Positions 10,163-19,493 of a stretch of 27,909 nucleotides of DNA are shown piece after piece (the first letter of the stretch is position 1; each line of letters opens with the position of its first letter). The position numbers were made by a program, and so were the translations under genes. The notes beneath the pieces were generated by a model. It was not told where the DNA came from and did no database searches. It saw only the letters and a program-made list of their open reading frames with translations. The DNA is taken from sequence record SRR20825019_2407; one strand, written 5' to 3'.

Positions 10163-10306
10163 ACGGTCCCGTCATGGAATTTGCCCCCGGCATGCTCGTT
10201 CACCGTATCTGCGTTAACCCCAGGCAACAAGAAGGAATGCATACGCGGCTGCACCGATGCCTTCGCACGTATTGTCGCATCAATATGACAGCTCGTCTGT
10301 TTCGCG

Positions 10307-10335
10307 TTGACGTACAGGAAACCTGTCGCCTTAAT
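10307..10335 (+). promoter_or_regulatory. Candidate sigma70 promoter for the POT transporter gene
   Basis: TTGACG-17 nt-CTTAAT; the spacer contains the inverted repeat ACAGG-aaa-CCTGT. Confidence 0.4.
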
Positions 10336-10426
10336 GACCCTTCAAAGACGGCGCGAAAAGCGCCCAACAAAAAGCCCGCACATATAATGCATCAAGCACG
10401 CCGGGCTAACTGAGAAAGGGGAGACA

Positions 10427-11977
10427 ATGTCTGAGGGGAAGGATGACCTCCACACCACATCGGTGAAGGACGTCAAACAACTGGGCACATTCGCAGCTAT
10501 CGCCAGCCTGTCCTATGTTTTCTGGGTTTGCGGCGGCATGGAAATGGTCGAACGGCTGGCGTTCTACGGCACCCGGCAAGTAGCCGGACTTTACGGCACA
10601 GATGCGGCATCAAACGGCGGCCTTGGCCTTGTGGAGGCTCAGGTCGGCATCATCATGAGCGTATGGGTGATCGTGCAAACCTTTGTACCGGTATTTACCG
10701 GCGGCATCTCAGACCGTATCGGCTACAAGGAAACCATCTTTGCCTCAACCGTGGTCAAGATCGCGGGTTATCTTTTGATGGGTCTCTTTCCCACGTTCTG
10801 GGGTTTCATGGCAGGTGCCGTTGTGCTTGCCTTCGGCACCGGCATTTTCAAACCCGGCATTCAGGGCACGATCGTCAAGGCCACAAACCGGCAAAACAGT
10901 TCAATCGCCTGGGGGGTATTTTATCAGACCGTAAACATTGGCGGCTTTCTGGGGCCGGTTGTTGCCGCCTATATGCGGCAGCTAGAATGGGCTTATGTAT
11001 TTTATGCCTGTGCGGCGATTATCTCGCTCAATTTCCTGCTGCTCATGACCTACAAGGAAGTCGACAAGGACGACCGGCTGGCACATCGCGCCAAGGTCAA
11101 AAGCGGCGAAATCACTGAAAAACCCCTGTGGCGGGACAGCCTGTCTGAGCTCGCGAACCCGGTGCTTATCTGGTATATCGTGCTGTTCTCCGGCTTCTGG
11201 TTCATGCTCTATATTTTCTGGGATATCGGCCCGCTGTTCTTCCGGGACTGGGTGGACACCAGCGTGATTGTGAGGGACGTTTGGGGCGACGCAGGGCCAA
11301 GCGACTTTGCCATCCGCTTTTTTGCCATGAATAACGAAGGCACCAGGATCATGCCCGAAGGCATGGTAAACTTGAATTCGCTCCTGATCATGCTGACGTG
11401 TTTCCTGGTTGCGGGCTTCGGTGCCCGCTTCAAGGCGGCAAATGTGATGGCTGTTGGTACTTTCTGCGCTTCGGGTGCGCTAGTGATCTTTGGGGGCTTC
11501 AACTATGCTTGGCTCATTGTGCTGGGCATCGTGTCTTTCTCGATCGGCGAAATGCTCGCGGCACCCAAAGCCAGCGAATACATCGGCAACATCGCCCCGC
11601 CACAAAAGAAGGCTATGTACCTGGGTTTCAGCCAGCTTCCGCTTGCGATTGGTTGGATGAGCGAGGGGTTCATCGGGTTTTACCTTTACGGCGAACTGGC
11701 CTCAAAGGAACAGATTTCCCGCAAACTACTGCTGACGCATGACCTGAGCGCAGAGCAAATTGCCGCTGTACCCAACGGTGAAGCCTTCCAGAAACTGGTG
11801 GACGTCACGGGCCAGTCTGCGGAGATGCTCACACAGCAGCTTTATGCCGCCAACAACATTGGAGCCGTTTGGTATCTGATGGCATCCGTGGGTATTGTCT
11901 CGGCCGTCGGCCTCTACGCCTACGGCAAATGGACCTACCGCATTGCCATGATCAAGGAGGAAGAGGCGACCGTTTAA
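10427..11977 (+). CDS. MFS peptide transporter, POT/PTR-like (di/tripeptide:H+ symporter)
   Basis: ExxER motif (MEMVERLAFYG), GGISDRIGYK (motif A), GTGIFKPG, FYQTVNIGGFLGP, SIGEMLAAP; RBS GGGGAG. Confidence 0.88.
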   Translation: MSEGKDDLHTTSVKDVKQLGTFAAIASLSYVFWVCGGMEMVERLAFYGTRQVAGLYGTDAASNGGLGLVEAQVGIIMSVWVIVQTFVPVFTGGISDRIGYKETIFASTVVKIAGYLLMGLFPTFWGFMAGAVVLAFGTGIFKPGIQGTIVKATNRQNSSIAWGVFYQTVNIGGFLGPVVAAYMRQLEWAYVFYACAAIISLNFLLLMTYKEVDKDDRLAHRAKVKSGEITEKPLWRDSLSELANPVLIWYIVLFSGFWFMLYIFWDIGPLFFRDWVDTSVIVRDVWGDAGPSDFAIRFFAMNNEGTRIMPEGMVNLNSLLIMLTCFLVAGFGARFKAANVMAVGTFCASGALVIFGGFNYAWLIVLGIVSFSIGEMLAAPKASEYIGNIAPPQKKAMYLGFSQLPLAIGWMSEGFIGFYLYGELASKEQISRKLLLTHDLSAEQIAAVPNGEAFQKLVDVTGQSAEMLTQQLYAANNIGAVWYLMASVGIVSAVGLYAYGKWTYRIAMIKEEEATV

Positions 11978-11995
11978 AGGGCGCTCTCACCTAAA

Positions 11996-12033
11996 GATAA
12001 AAGGCGGTGCCTCGCGGCGTCGCCTTTTTTATC
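11996..12033 (+). terminator. Intrinsic terminator of the POT transporter gene (possibly bidirectional)
   Basis: AAAAGGCGGTGCC-tcgc-GGCGTCGCCTTTTTT, 19 nt after the stop. Confidence 0.85.
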
Positions 12034-12077
12034 CTCACCAAGAACCTGGGCTCGTGACCCGGTTTTGCCTGCCATAT

Positions 12078-12116
12078 AAAAAGAGAGGCATGCCACCCCC
12101 ATCAATGGCACGCCCC
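12078..12116 (-). terminator. Intrinsic terminator on the minus strand, about 115 nt downstream of the M24 peptidase stop
   Basis: Minus strand GGGGCGTGCCAT-tgatgggg-GTGGCATGCCTC-TCTTTTT: 12-bp stem with G.U pairs plus a U-rich tail. Confidence 0.65.
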
Positions 12117-12230
12117 AATATGCAGTCTGTCGATCACCAGTCGACGTCGCGCACCTTGCCCGAGATCATGCCGCCCGCCTACCTAGAAAAAATTTAGGTA
12201 AGCGTGACAGTTAGGTTTCAAATCAGGGTC

Positions 12231-13499
12231 TTACCCCATTTTACCGATCGGTTTTTCAAGGCTTTCAGGTGGTACCGTGAACCATGCGGGGCCCGCCTCT
12301 GTCATATAGAGACAGTCTTCAAGGCGCACTCCAAACTCGCCAAAAATATAGAGACCCGGCTCGTTTGAAAAACACATGCCCGGTGCAAGCGGCGTGGTTT
12401 CACCATGCACAAAATTCACACTTTCATGCCCCTTCATGCCAATGCCGTGCCCTGTTCGGTGGCTAAGCCCCGGGGTTTTATATCCCGGGCCATAACCAAG
12501 GCTTTCATAATAGGCGCGCACGGCGTCATCCACCTTGCCAGCGGGCGTGCCCAATTGAGCTGTTTCAAACGCAATTTCCTGACCCCTGCGCACCGTGTTC
12601 CAAACTTCACGCTGACGTTTGCTGGGCTCCCCGAACACAAAGGTGCGGGAGATATCTGACTGATAACCTTCAACGGCGCAGCCACAGTCCATCAACACAA
12701 TGTCACCTTGCCGAAGGGTCTGCGGTTGGCCAGTGCCGTGCGGGTATGCGCTGGCTTCTGCCATCAGCGCCATGTTCCAGATGCTGCCGCCACCAAGTGC
12801 CGCCTGGGCTGAGCCCATTAGCGCTGTGATATCAGCCGGGCTCATGCCTGCTTCCAGCTTTTGCCACACGTGCTCATAAGCCTTGAGCGTAACCTCATTG
12901 GCTTTTTTCATCAGCGCGATTTCATGGGCTGATTTATACATGCGGCAGCCAAGGGTGACCGGCAGTGCCGAAGCAATCTCAAAACCCGGCGCGGCGGCTT
13001 TCATACCCTCCACCACAAAGTAGCGCACCGTATCTTCAAAACCGATTTTACCGCCCGCAAGGCCACGGTCCTTAAGGATTCCCGCCACCCGCTCGAACGG
13101 GCTTTCATGCTCATGCCACGTACGCACGTCGTCGCCAAAGGTCATGCTTTCGCGCACACTGGGCTCTTCAAAAAAAGGTGTCACAACGGCGATATCACCT
13201 GAGGCGGGGATGACCACAGCAGTCAACCGTTCACTGCGCCACCAGCTGATGCCGGTGAAATAAAGCATCGCCGGGCCGGGCTCCAGCAAGATAGCACCGA
13301 GACCATGCTCTGCCATCAGCTTCTGCGCTTTTGCAACACGCGACTGCCGCTCCTCAACTGTGATGGCTTTCACATCACCCGTGATGCGTTCAAGCGCAGG
13401 CGCTTCAGCATGCGCAGAATTTGTTGTGGCTCCAAGTACTGCGGCGCCCGCCACAGCACCTGCACCAATTTTCAGAAAATCACGTTTTGAAAGTGTCAT
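12231..13499 (-). CDS. Tat-exported Xaa-Pro peptidase family protein (M24B)
   Basis: Tat-like signal SKRDFLK...AHA; metal ligands MDCGC, YQSDISRT, HRTGHGIG, SNEPGLY, VRLED. Confidence 0.92.
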   Translation of the reverse strand: MTLSKRDFLKIGAGAVAGAAVLGATTNSAHAEAPALERITGDVKAITVEERQSRVAKAQKLMAEHGLGAILLEPGPAMLYFTGISWWRSERLTAVVIPASGDIAVVTPFFEEPSVRESMTFGDDVRTWHEHESPFERVAGILKDRGLAGGKIGFEDTVRYFVVEGMKAAAPGFEIASALPVTLGCRMYKSAHEIALMKKANEVTLKAYEHVWQKLEAGMSPADITALMGSAQAALGGGSIWNMALMAEASAYPHGTGQPQTLRQGDIVLMDCGCAVEGYQSDISRTFVFGEPSKRQREVWNTVRRGQEIAFETAQLGTPAGKVDDAVRAYYESLGYGPGYKTPGLSHRTGHGIGMKGHESVNFVHGETTPLAPGMCFSNEPGLYIFGEFGVRLEDCLYMTEAGPAWFTVPPESLEKPIGKMG

Positions 13500-13521
13500 A
13501 CCCTCGCCCTTCAGTATCGTT

Positions 13522-14814
13522 TTAGCGTTTGTAAACCACGCCGTTTTTCATCACAAAACTCACGTCTTCCGTCACGGTGATATCCTCAAGCGGGTTGCCC
13601 TTCACAGCCACGATGTCCGCGAGAAAACCCTCCTTCAAAGCACCCAGATCACGCTCCTGCTTCATCAGCGTCGCCGGGTTGACGGTTGCAGCCTGCAATG
13701 CCTGCAGGGGTGTCATGCCAAACTGCACCATGCGGGAAAACTGCTTGGCGTTATCACCGTGTGGGTAGATGGCTGCATCTGAACCAAACACCATTTTCAC
13801 ACCACCCTTGACAGCACGTGTGAAGCTTTCACGCTGCGCTTTTGAGACCTCGCGTTCCTTGTTGAGATTCTCTTCCGGCACACCGTTTTCGGCACCGTAC
13901 GTCAGCGTATACTCAGTGTTGTAGATATCCATCGAGAAATAGGTGCCGAACTTTTTCGCGAGCGCCACACCTTCATCATCCAGAAAGCTTACATGCTCAA
14001 CAGAATCGACCCCGGCCACAATCGCCGCCTTGATACCGCTTGTGCCGTGGGCGTGCGCCGCCGCCACAAGACCCCGCCGATGGGTTTCTTCAACAATCGC
14101 TTTCATTTCCTCAAGCGAATACTGCTGGATGCCAACCTTGGTCCCCTTGGAGAACACACCGCCTGTCGCGCAAAACTTGATGGCATTAGCACCGTATTTG
14201 ATGTTTTCACGTACCTTTTCGCGCGCGGCCCAAGGGCCATCTGCCACACCATCTGAACGCACTTGCATCTCTGGCGGCAGGAAGTTGTTGTCACAATGGC
14301 CGCCCGTAATACTGAGCGCATTGCCAGCCGAGAAGATACGGGGGCCAGCAATTTCTCCTGCGTTAATACCGTCACGTACGCCAATCACCGAATAGCCGCC
14401 GTCACCCAGATCCCGCACCGTGGTGAAACCCGCCATCAGGGTCCGTTTCGCGTTCTTTACGGCCACAACTGTCTGGCGCGGCACCGAATAGCTCATGCTG
14501 GCAAAGAAAGGGGTTTCTGCGTCAGAGGACAAATGCACATGCATATCCATAAAGCCAGGCAGCAGGGTCATGCCGTCGAGGGCTATATACTGGGCGTCTT
14601 CGCCTGCAGTGAAGGTGCCCTGCTTGCCGATGGCAACGATGCGGTCATCCCGCACTACGATCATGGGTTTCTCGAGCATCTTGCCATTCGTTACATCCAG
14701 CATGGCGTCCGCTGTAATCACCGTCTCTGCGGCACCAGCGGCAGAAGCCGTCGCCAGAAGGCTCGCTCCCAACAACAACGCCCGACATATCCCCGTCCTC
14801 AAAATACCTAGCAT
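13522..14814 (-). CDS. Secreted amidohydrolase-superfamily protein (Xaa-Pro/Xaa-Xaa dipeptidase type)
   Basis: Sec-type signal ending ASAAGA-A; PGFMDMHVHL, GFTTVRDLG, IKFCATGG, AAHAHG, VEHVS, FGSDA. Confidence 0.9.
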   Translation of the reverse strand: MLGILRTGICRALLLGASLLATASAAGAAETVITADAMLDVTNGKMLEKPMIVVRDDRIVAIGKQGTFTAGEDAQYIALDGMTLLPGFMDMHVHLSSDAETPFFASMSYSVPRQTVVAVKNAKRTLMAGFTTVRDLGDGGYSVIGVRDGINAGEIAGPRIFSAGNALSITGGHCDNNFLPPEMQVRSDGVADGPWAAREKVRENIKYGANAIKFCATGGVFSKGTKVGIQQYSLEEMKAIVEETHRRGLVAAAHAHGTSGIKAAIVAGVDSVEHVSFLDDEGVALAKKFGTYFSMDIYNTEYTLTYGAENGVPEENLNKEREVSKAQRESFTRAVKGGVKMVFGSDAAIYPHGDNAKQFSRMVQFGMTPLQALQAATVNPATLMKQERDLGALKEGFLADIVAVKGNPLEDITVTEDVSFVMKNGVVYKR

Positions 14815-14876
14815 GCAGCATTCCCTTTTATCGATTATTAATGTTCTTCAAATTTGAGGCCACAACACCTCAGGTC

Positions 14877-15347
14877 TTATTTCGGCAGATGCGCGACAAC
14901 CTTGATCTCCACCACGGCTGTAGGCTCATACAGTTCGGTAGTGCCTATCGCCGTCCATGTCGGATATGGCTTGCGAATAAATTCATCTTTCACCGACCCG
15001 AACTCAACGATATCGCGCTGCAAATTGGTGTGAAAGGTGGTTATCTCCACAATGTCATCAAGGCTTGCACCCGACTGTTTCAGAATTTCCCCTATAGTGC
15101 GCCAAGCTCGACGGTATCCTTCCTTGAGATCACCGCCCGCAGGGCCTGCTACCACACCAGAGAGATAGACCACGCCATCGATTTTGACCGCCGGGGCATA
15201 GTGCAGACTGTCGTATGCGTTTTGCCACCCTTCCGGCACAATGGTTTCGGCCCTGTCCCGGGCTCCTTCAGCCATGGCGCCGGTTCCGAACGCCATCGCC
15301 ACACTCACCCAAAACACTCTTGCTAACCCACAGATGAATTTCTTCAT
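14877..15347 (-). CDS. RidA/YjgF/UK114 family protein with signal peptide, lacking the catalytic Arg
   Basis: YAPAVKIDGVVYLSG, GASLDDIVEITTFHT, YPTWTAIG, VEIKVVA. ATG at 15347 preferred (AGGGG RBS upstream); signal MKKF...GAMA|E. Confidence 0.88.
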   Translation of the reverse strand: MKKFICGLARVFWVSVAMAFGTGAMAEGARDRAETIVPEGWQNAYDSLHYAPAVKIDGVVYLSGVVAGPAGGDLKEGYRRAWRTIGEILKQSGASLDDIVEITTFHTNLQRDIVEFGSVKDEFIRKPYPTWTAIGTTELYEPTAVVEIKVVAHLPK

Positions 15348-15411
15348 GTTCAAGTTCCCCCTTGTTAAATTCCGCACATCTCATGGCGCCGCAACAGTTG
15401 CACATGGCTAT

Positions 15412-15440
15412 GAAAGGCGGCGACCCCCAAGGTCGCCGCT
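15412..15440 (-). terminator. Probable terminator hairpin after the 183-aa membrane protein gene
   Basis: Minus strand GCGGCGACC-ttggg-GGTCGCCGC-CTTTC: perfect 9-bp stem, short U tail. Confidence 0.6.
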
Positions 15441-15459
15441 ATACTTGCTTTTATCGAAC

Positions 15460-16011
15460 TCAAGCGGGTTGAGCATTGCTTGCCGCTGCGGCTTTTGCAT
15501 ACTCTTCCTGAGCGTGCCGGAACTGATTGAGCGACTTCTCCACATACGTCAGCACTTCATCGATATAACCGTCCGTAGACGCTGACCACACGCGGTTGAT
15601 ATAGCGTTCGCCTGCCGCAAAGCTGGACATAATGTCTGCATAAGACTGAAGGCCAAACATATGCTTCATACCATCACGGGCATCGGCAAAGCGGGTCAGA
15701 TCTTCCCTGAACAGTTTGTCGATCTCAAAGCGCATATCGTAGGTCGGAATCTTGTCCTTACGACCATTCAGCTCCTCAAGATTCTTGACGATATTCGCCA
15801 GGCTTTCTTCAAGGTCTGTGCGGTTTTGCGCCAGAAGGTCGCTTGAACGCGCCTCAGCAGACTGTAGCCGTTTCAAAATCACAACCCCAACTACACCGGC
15901 AAATACCACCGGTAAAAAGGTCATCCAGTCCACCATCAGTGGGTCAAGCGATGTCAGAAACGCCCCACCAAGGAAGGAAAATACAACGAGTAGATAAGCT
16001 AGTTTTTTCAT
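15460..16011 (-). CDS. Hypothetical membrane protein (2 N-terminal TM helices + soluble helical domain), downstream of OPT
   Basis: RBS GGGAGG within the 14-bp gap after the OPT stop; natural-looking composition; FAAGERYINRVWSASTDGY block looks like a conserved motif. Confidence 0.8.
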   Translation of the reverse strand: MKKLAYLLVVFSFLGGAFLTSLDPLMVDWMTFLPVVFAGVVGVVILKRLQSAEARSSDLLAQNRTDLEESLANIVKNLEELNGRKDKIPTYDMRFEIDKLFREDLTRFADARDGMKHMFGLQSYADIMSSFAAGERYINRVWSASTDGYIDEVLTYVEKSLNQFRHAQEEYAKAAAASNAQPA

Positions 16012-16025
16012 TGATCGATCCTCCC

Positions 16026-17765
16026 TTAATTCGCAGATGCGATGATGTTGATGGCGTAACCGACGCCCACAAGCGCCTCGCCCACAATCAAGCCAGCCGC
16101 AATCGGTATACCCTTATTGTCAGACCAGGATTTGCCGCACTTGCGGTCGCTGATCTCACGCAGAAGCGTACCGATGGAGTAAGTCAGCACGATGTTGAAC
16201 GGCAGGTAAAAACCAAGGCCGACCGTGATGCCCAAACCACCCTGCACCGCAGAGAGAAGCGCACCAAGCAAGGCCCCAGCGATGTATTTCTCAGCTGGCA
16301 CATCGCCGCCCATGATACCGTTTATCATGCTCGCTAGGGCCTGACCCTGCGGTGCTGGCAGCTTGTCTGAACCAAGGCCGTAAGCGTCATCCAGAACAAA
16401 AATCAACACGATGATCACAATCGGGCCAAGCCATGCACCGGCAAACTGTCCGAGCTGCTGCATGCGCGGTGTCGCGCCCACCAGATACCCGGTTTTCATA
16501 TCCAGCATCAGGTCGGTTGCCTGGCTCATGGCCACACAGGTTGCTGCACCCACAGTGATGGCCGCCACGATGGCCGGCATGGCTTCCATCCCACCAAAGC
16601 TTTGCGTAATGACGATCAGAAGCGTCACCGCCACCAGCGTCATGCCCGAAAGCGGTGACCAGTTGGTACGCCCAACTGCTTCAGACAAGATGATCCCTGC
16701 CATCCATATCCATAATGTGCCGAGCACAGCCATCATCAGGCCTCGCACGATGCCCACTTCTTCAGCGGAAGTAATGGCCATAACAGCGAGCAGAACTGCC
16801 GCACCACCAACACCAAAATACAGCAGCTTGATCGGCATCTCGTCGCGGCTCATGGCGCTTTCCACCTTGGCGGAAGACTGCATGGAGCTAACGGCGGAGC
16901 GAATAAGCGGCAGCGCAAACATCACACCGATCACGGCGCCGCCGATCAACATACCAATGCCAACAGGGCGGAACAGAAGCGTGCGCAACTCACCGGGGTT
17001 GTTGATGATGGAACCGTTCACCACAGGAAAAAGGTCCGTCGCACTCAGCATCGGCGCCAGTACAAAATAACAGACGTAACCACCAATGATGAATGCAACC
17101 CCGCCGCGGCCAGCGATATAGCCAACGCCGATGGTCATAAGCGACAGATACAGCGTGCCGTTCATATAGTCCGGCAAACCAAGCTGCGCAAAAAGCGGCC
17201 AGTTCTCAACGCCCGTGTACAGGCTCGCAAAATGCAAACCACCCGAGATCACCATGGCGATCAGGAGCATCTTGGCTTTCTCGATACCCGCACCGGGTGA
17301 TTTGAGGATCGTGGCCACGGCCACACCGCCCGGATAGGTCAGGCGCTCAAAATCAATCATCTGCTTCCTGAGCGGGATGATAAACGCGATACCAAGGAAG
17401 GCACCGGCGATAGCACCAAATGTCAGCACATAGGGGTTGAACTCCATCCCGTACCCAAGGATAAAAATAGCCGGTACCGAAAACATCATACCCGATGATG
17501 CACCGTTCACAGCACTTGCCACCGTTTGCGTGACATTGTTTTCAACGATGGACCGCCTGCGCAAAATACCGCGCAGGATACCGAAGCCCAAAATGGCCGC
17601 GAGCTCAGATCCTTCGATAGAGAACCCAAGCTTCAGGGCCGCAAACCCGATGGACATCGCGATAACGACACCAAGGATGTAACCAACAATGATAGCGTGA
17701 TAGGAAAGCTCAGGATAAGCGCCATGCGTAATGGGCCCCTGAGTAGCATGATTTTCTTGTGTCAC
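16026..17765 (-). CDS. OPT/YSL family oligopeptide transporter
   Basis: ENNVTQTVASA, IPLRKQMIDFERLTYPGGVAVATIL, SPLSGMTL, DMKTGYLVGATPRMQQ, LPAPQ, AAGLIVGEAL. GTG at 17765 preferred (GGAGG upstream) over 17885. Confidence 0.92.
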   Translation of the reverse strand: MTQENHATQGPITHGAYPELSYHAIIVGYILGVVIAMSIGFAALKLGFSIEGSELAAILGFGILRGILRRRSIVENNVTQTVASAVNGASSGMMFSVPAIFILGYGMEFNPYVLTFGAIAGAFLGIAFIIPLRKQMIDFERLTYPGGVAVATILKSPGAGIEKAKMLLIAMVISGGLHFASLYTGVENWPLFAQLGLPDYMNGTLYLSLMTIGVGYIAGRGGVAFIIGGYVCYFVLAPMLSATDLFPVVNGSIINNPGELRTLLFRPVGIGMLIGGAVIGVMFALPLIRSAVSSMQSSAKVESAMSRDEMPIKLLYFGVGGAAVLLAVMAITSAEEVGIVRGLMMAVLGTLWIWMAGIILSEAVGRTNWSPLSGMTLVAVTLLIVITQSFGGMEAMPAIVAAITVGAATCVAMSQATDLMLDMKTGYLVGATPRMQQLGQFAGAWLGPIVIIVLIFVLDDAYGLGSDKLPAPQGQALASMINGIMGGDVPAEKYIAGALLGALLSAVQGGLGITVGLGFYLPFNIVLTYSIGTLLREISDRKCGKSWSDNKGIPIAAGLIVGEALVGVGYAINIIASAN

Positions 17766-17917
17766 CGACACCTCCCCCGAGGTTTTGGATTGGTTTTTCT
17801 TTTTAAGCCCAAGCGCCTGCAAATGCTTGCCAGACACCAGAAACCAGCCTAGCAGTATCATATTGCCGACAAACAGGCGACCCAAACAATAGCCCTACAC
17901 CAAAAGGCAGCGAGCCA

Positions 17918-19288
17918 ATGACGGACACCGCAGATCAGATCAGCTTTACATGGCTGCGCGAACGCCTGAAACGTCACTTCAGCGAGCTCGCACGGCTTGC
18001 TGCTCCTGCTGTTGCCATGCGTATTGGCATCATGGGGCTTGGCATGGTGGATACCGCCATGGTGGGCCATTATGCGACTGAACATCTAGCCTGGCTTAAC
18101 CTCGCCAACCAGTCGGTCATCATGTTTGCGCTGGTGGTTGGCCTTGGGCTTCTGGGTGGCATTACAGTTTATGTGGCCAATGCGGTTGGCGAGGGCAACA
18201 ACCGCGAAGCCGGGCGTGTGTGGCGGCGTAACCTGCCGTTCACAGCGGCGATTGGCGCCCTCATCCTCATGGTCATCTGGCCCGCAGAATATTGGCTCAC
18301 CCTTCTCGGCCAGACCAGCGAGAAAGCCCATGAGAGCGGCCAGTTGATTCGCATTCTGGCGCTCGGCGTGCCCGCGCATTTGCTTTTTGTGTGTTCCACC
18401 ATGTTTCTGGAAGGTGTCAAACGCGCCGACGTGGGCTTCTACCTGATGGTGGGCGCCAATGTGCTGAATGTGATCTTCAATTATTTCCTGATTTTCGGCC
18501 ATAGCGGCATGCCGGAGATGGGCGCGGCGGGCTCTGCCTGGTCGTCCACCATCATTCGCTGGTGCCTAGCCATTGGGGCCTTTCTTTATGTGTGGTATTC
18601 GCCCAGCGTGCGCGGATACGGCACCCGCAAGCCGCATGGCCAGAAGTGGGGCGAATGGTCAGCCCAGCGGCAAATGGGCTACGCAAGTGCCGTGTCACTG
18701 GCGGCAGAAGTTTTGGCCTTCTCAGCACTTGCAGTGTTCGCAGGCTGGCTCGGCACCGTGCCACTGGCCGCCCACGGTGTGGTGTATCAGGTCCTTGGCG
18801 TGCCGCTGATGATTTCAATCGGGATCGGTGTGGCCTCCAGCGTGCGGGTCGGCATTGCCTTCTCGCGCCGTGATCAGGCTGATACAGCGCTCGCGGGCCT
18901 CGCTGGTGTGTTGCTCAACTTCCTTATTGTTGGCGTACTCGCAGCAGGCATTTACATGTTCACCGCCGACCTTCTGGCGATTTTCACCAAGGATGAGCGC
19001 ATCATCATTCTGCTGCTGCCGTTCGCCCTTACCTACACGCTTGGAATGGTGTTTGACGCATCGCAGATGGTGATGACCATGGTGCTGCGTGGCTTCAAGG
19101 AAACATGGTGGCCAACTGTGTTGCAGGGCTTTTCCTTCGCATTTGTCATGCTGCCAGCGTGTTACATTCTGGCCTTCCCGGTTGGTCACGGTCTACAGGG
19201 GCTTATGGAAGGCATGCTGATTGGTGTGGTGGTTTCCTGGATGTTGCAGATGGGCCGTTTTTACCAGCTGGCGCGCCGCACGCGCTAA
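17918..19288 (+). CDS. MATE family efflux transporter (NorM-like)
   Basis: LARLAAP...MVDTAMVGH, NVLNVIFNYFLIFGHSGMPEMGAAGSAWS, SVRVG; about 12 TMs. Confidence 0.92.
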   Translation: MTDTADQISFTWLRERLKRHFSELARLAAPAVAMRIGIMGLGMVDTAMVGHYATEHLAWLNLANQSVIMFALVVGLGLLGGITVYVANAVGEGNNREAGRVWRRNLPFTAAIGALILMVIWPAEYWLTLLGQTSEKAHESGQLIRILALGVPAHLLFVCSTMFLEGVKRADVGFYLMVGANVLNVIFNYFLIFGHSGMPEMGAAGSAWSSTIIRWCLAIGAFLYVWYSPSVRGYGTRKPHGQKWGEWSAQRQMGYASAVSLAAEVLAFSALAVFAGWLGTVPLAAHGVVYQVLGVPLMISIGIGVASSVRVGIAFSRRDQADTALAGLAGVLLNFLIVGVLAAGIYMFTADLLAIFTKDERIIILLLPFALTYTLGMVFDASQMVMTMVLRGFKETWWPTVLQGFSFAFVMLPACYILAFPVGHGLQGLMEGMLIGVVVSWMLQMGRFYQLARRTR

Positions 19289-19493
19289 CGAGCGTTTCCC
19301 AACCTAAAAAATATTCAGGCGGCGTGAATTTCCCTTCCCATCGTCCGCCTGCACGTTATCCTTACAACCAACAGGAAAAATTTTCGGACAATTTGGTGCC
19401 ATATTTTTACCTTTTTGTACCGGATGATAATGTAGACACGACAGCGGATATGCGACCTTGATTTAGCGCGATGCCGCAGGAACTTGGGGACCT

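Noticed and set aside
12421-12440. CTTCATGCC-like tandem repeat and GMKGHE (more usually acidic at the K position) in the M24 peptidase
   Set aside because: Short coding coincidence; the position is not a metal ligand and all ligands are intact.
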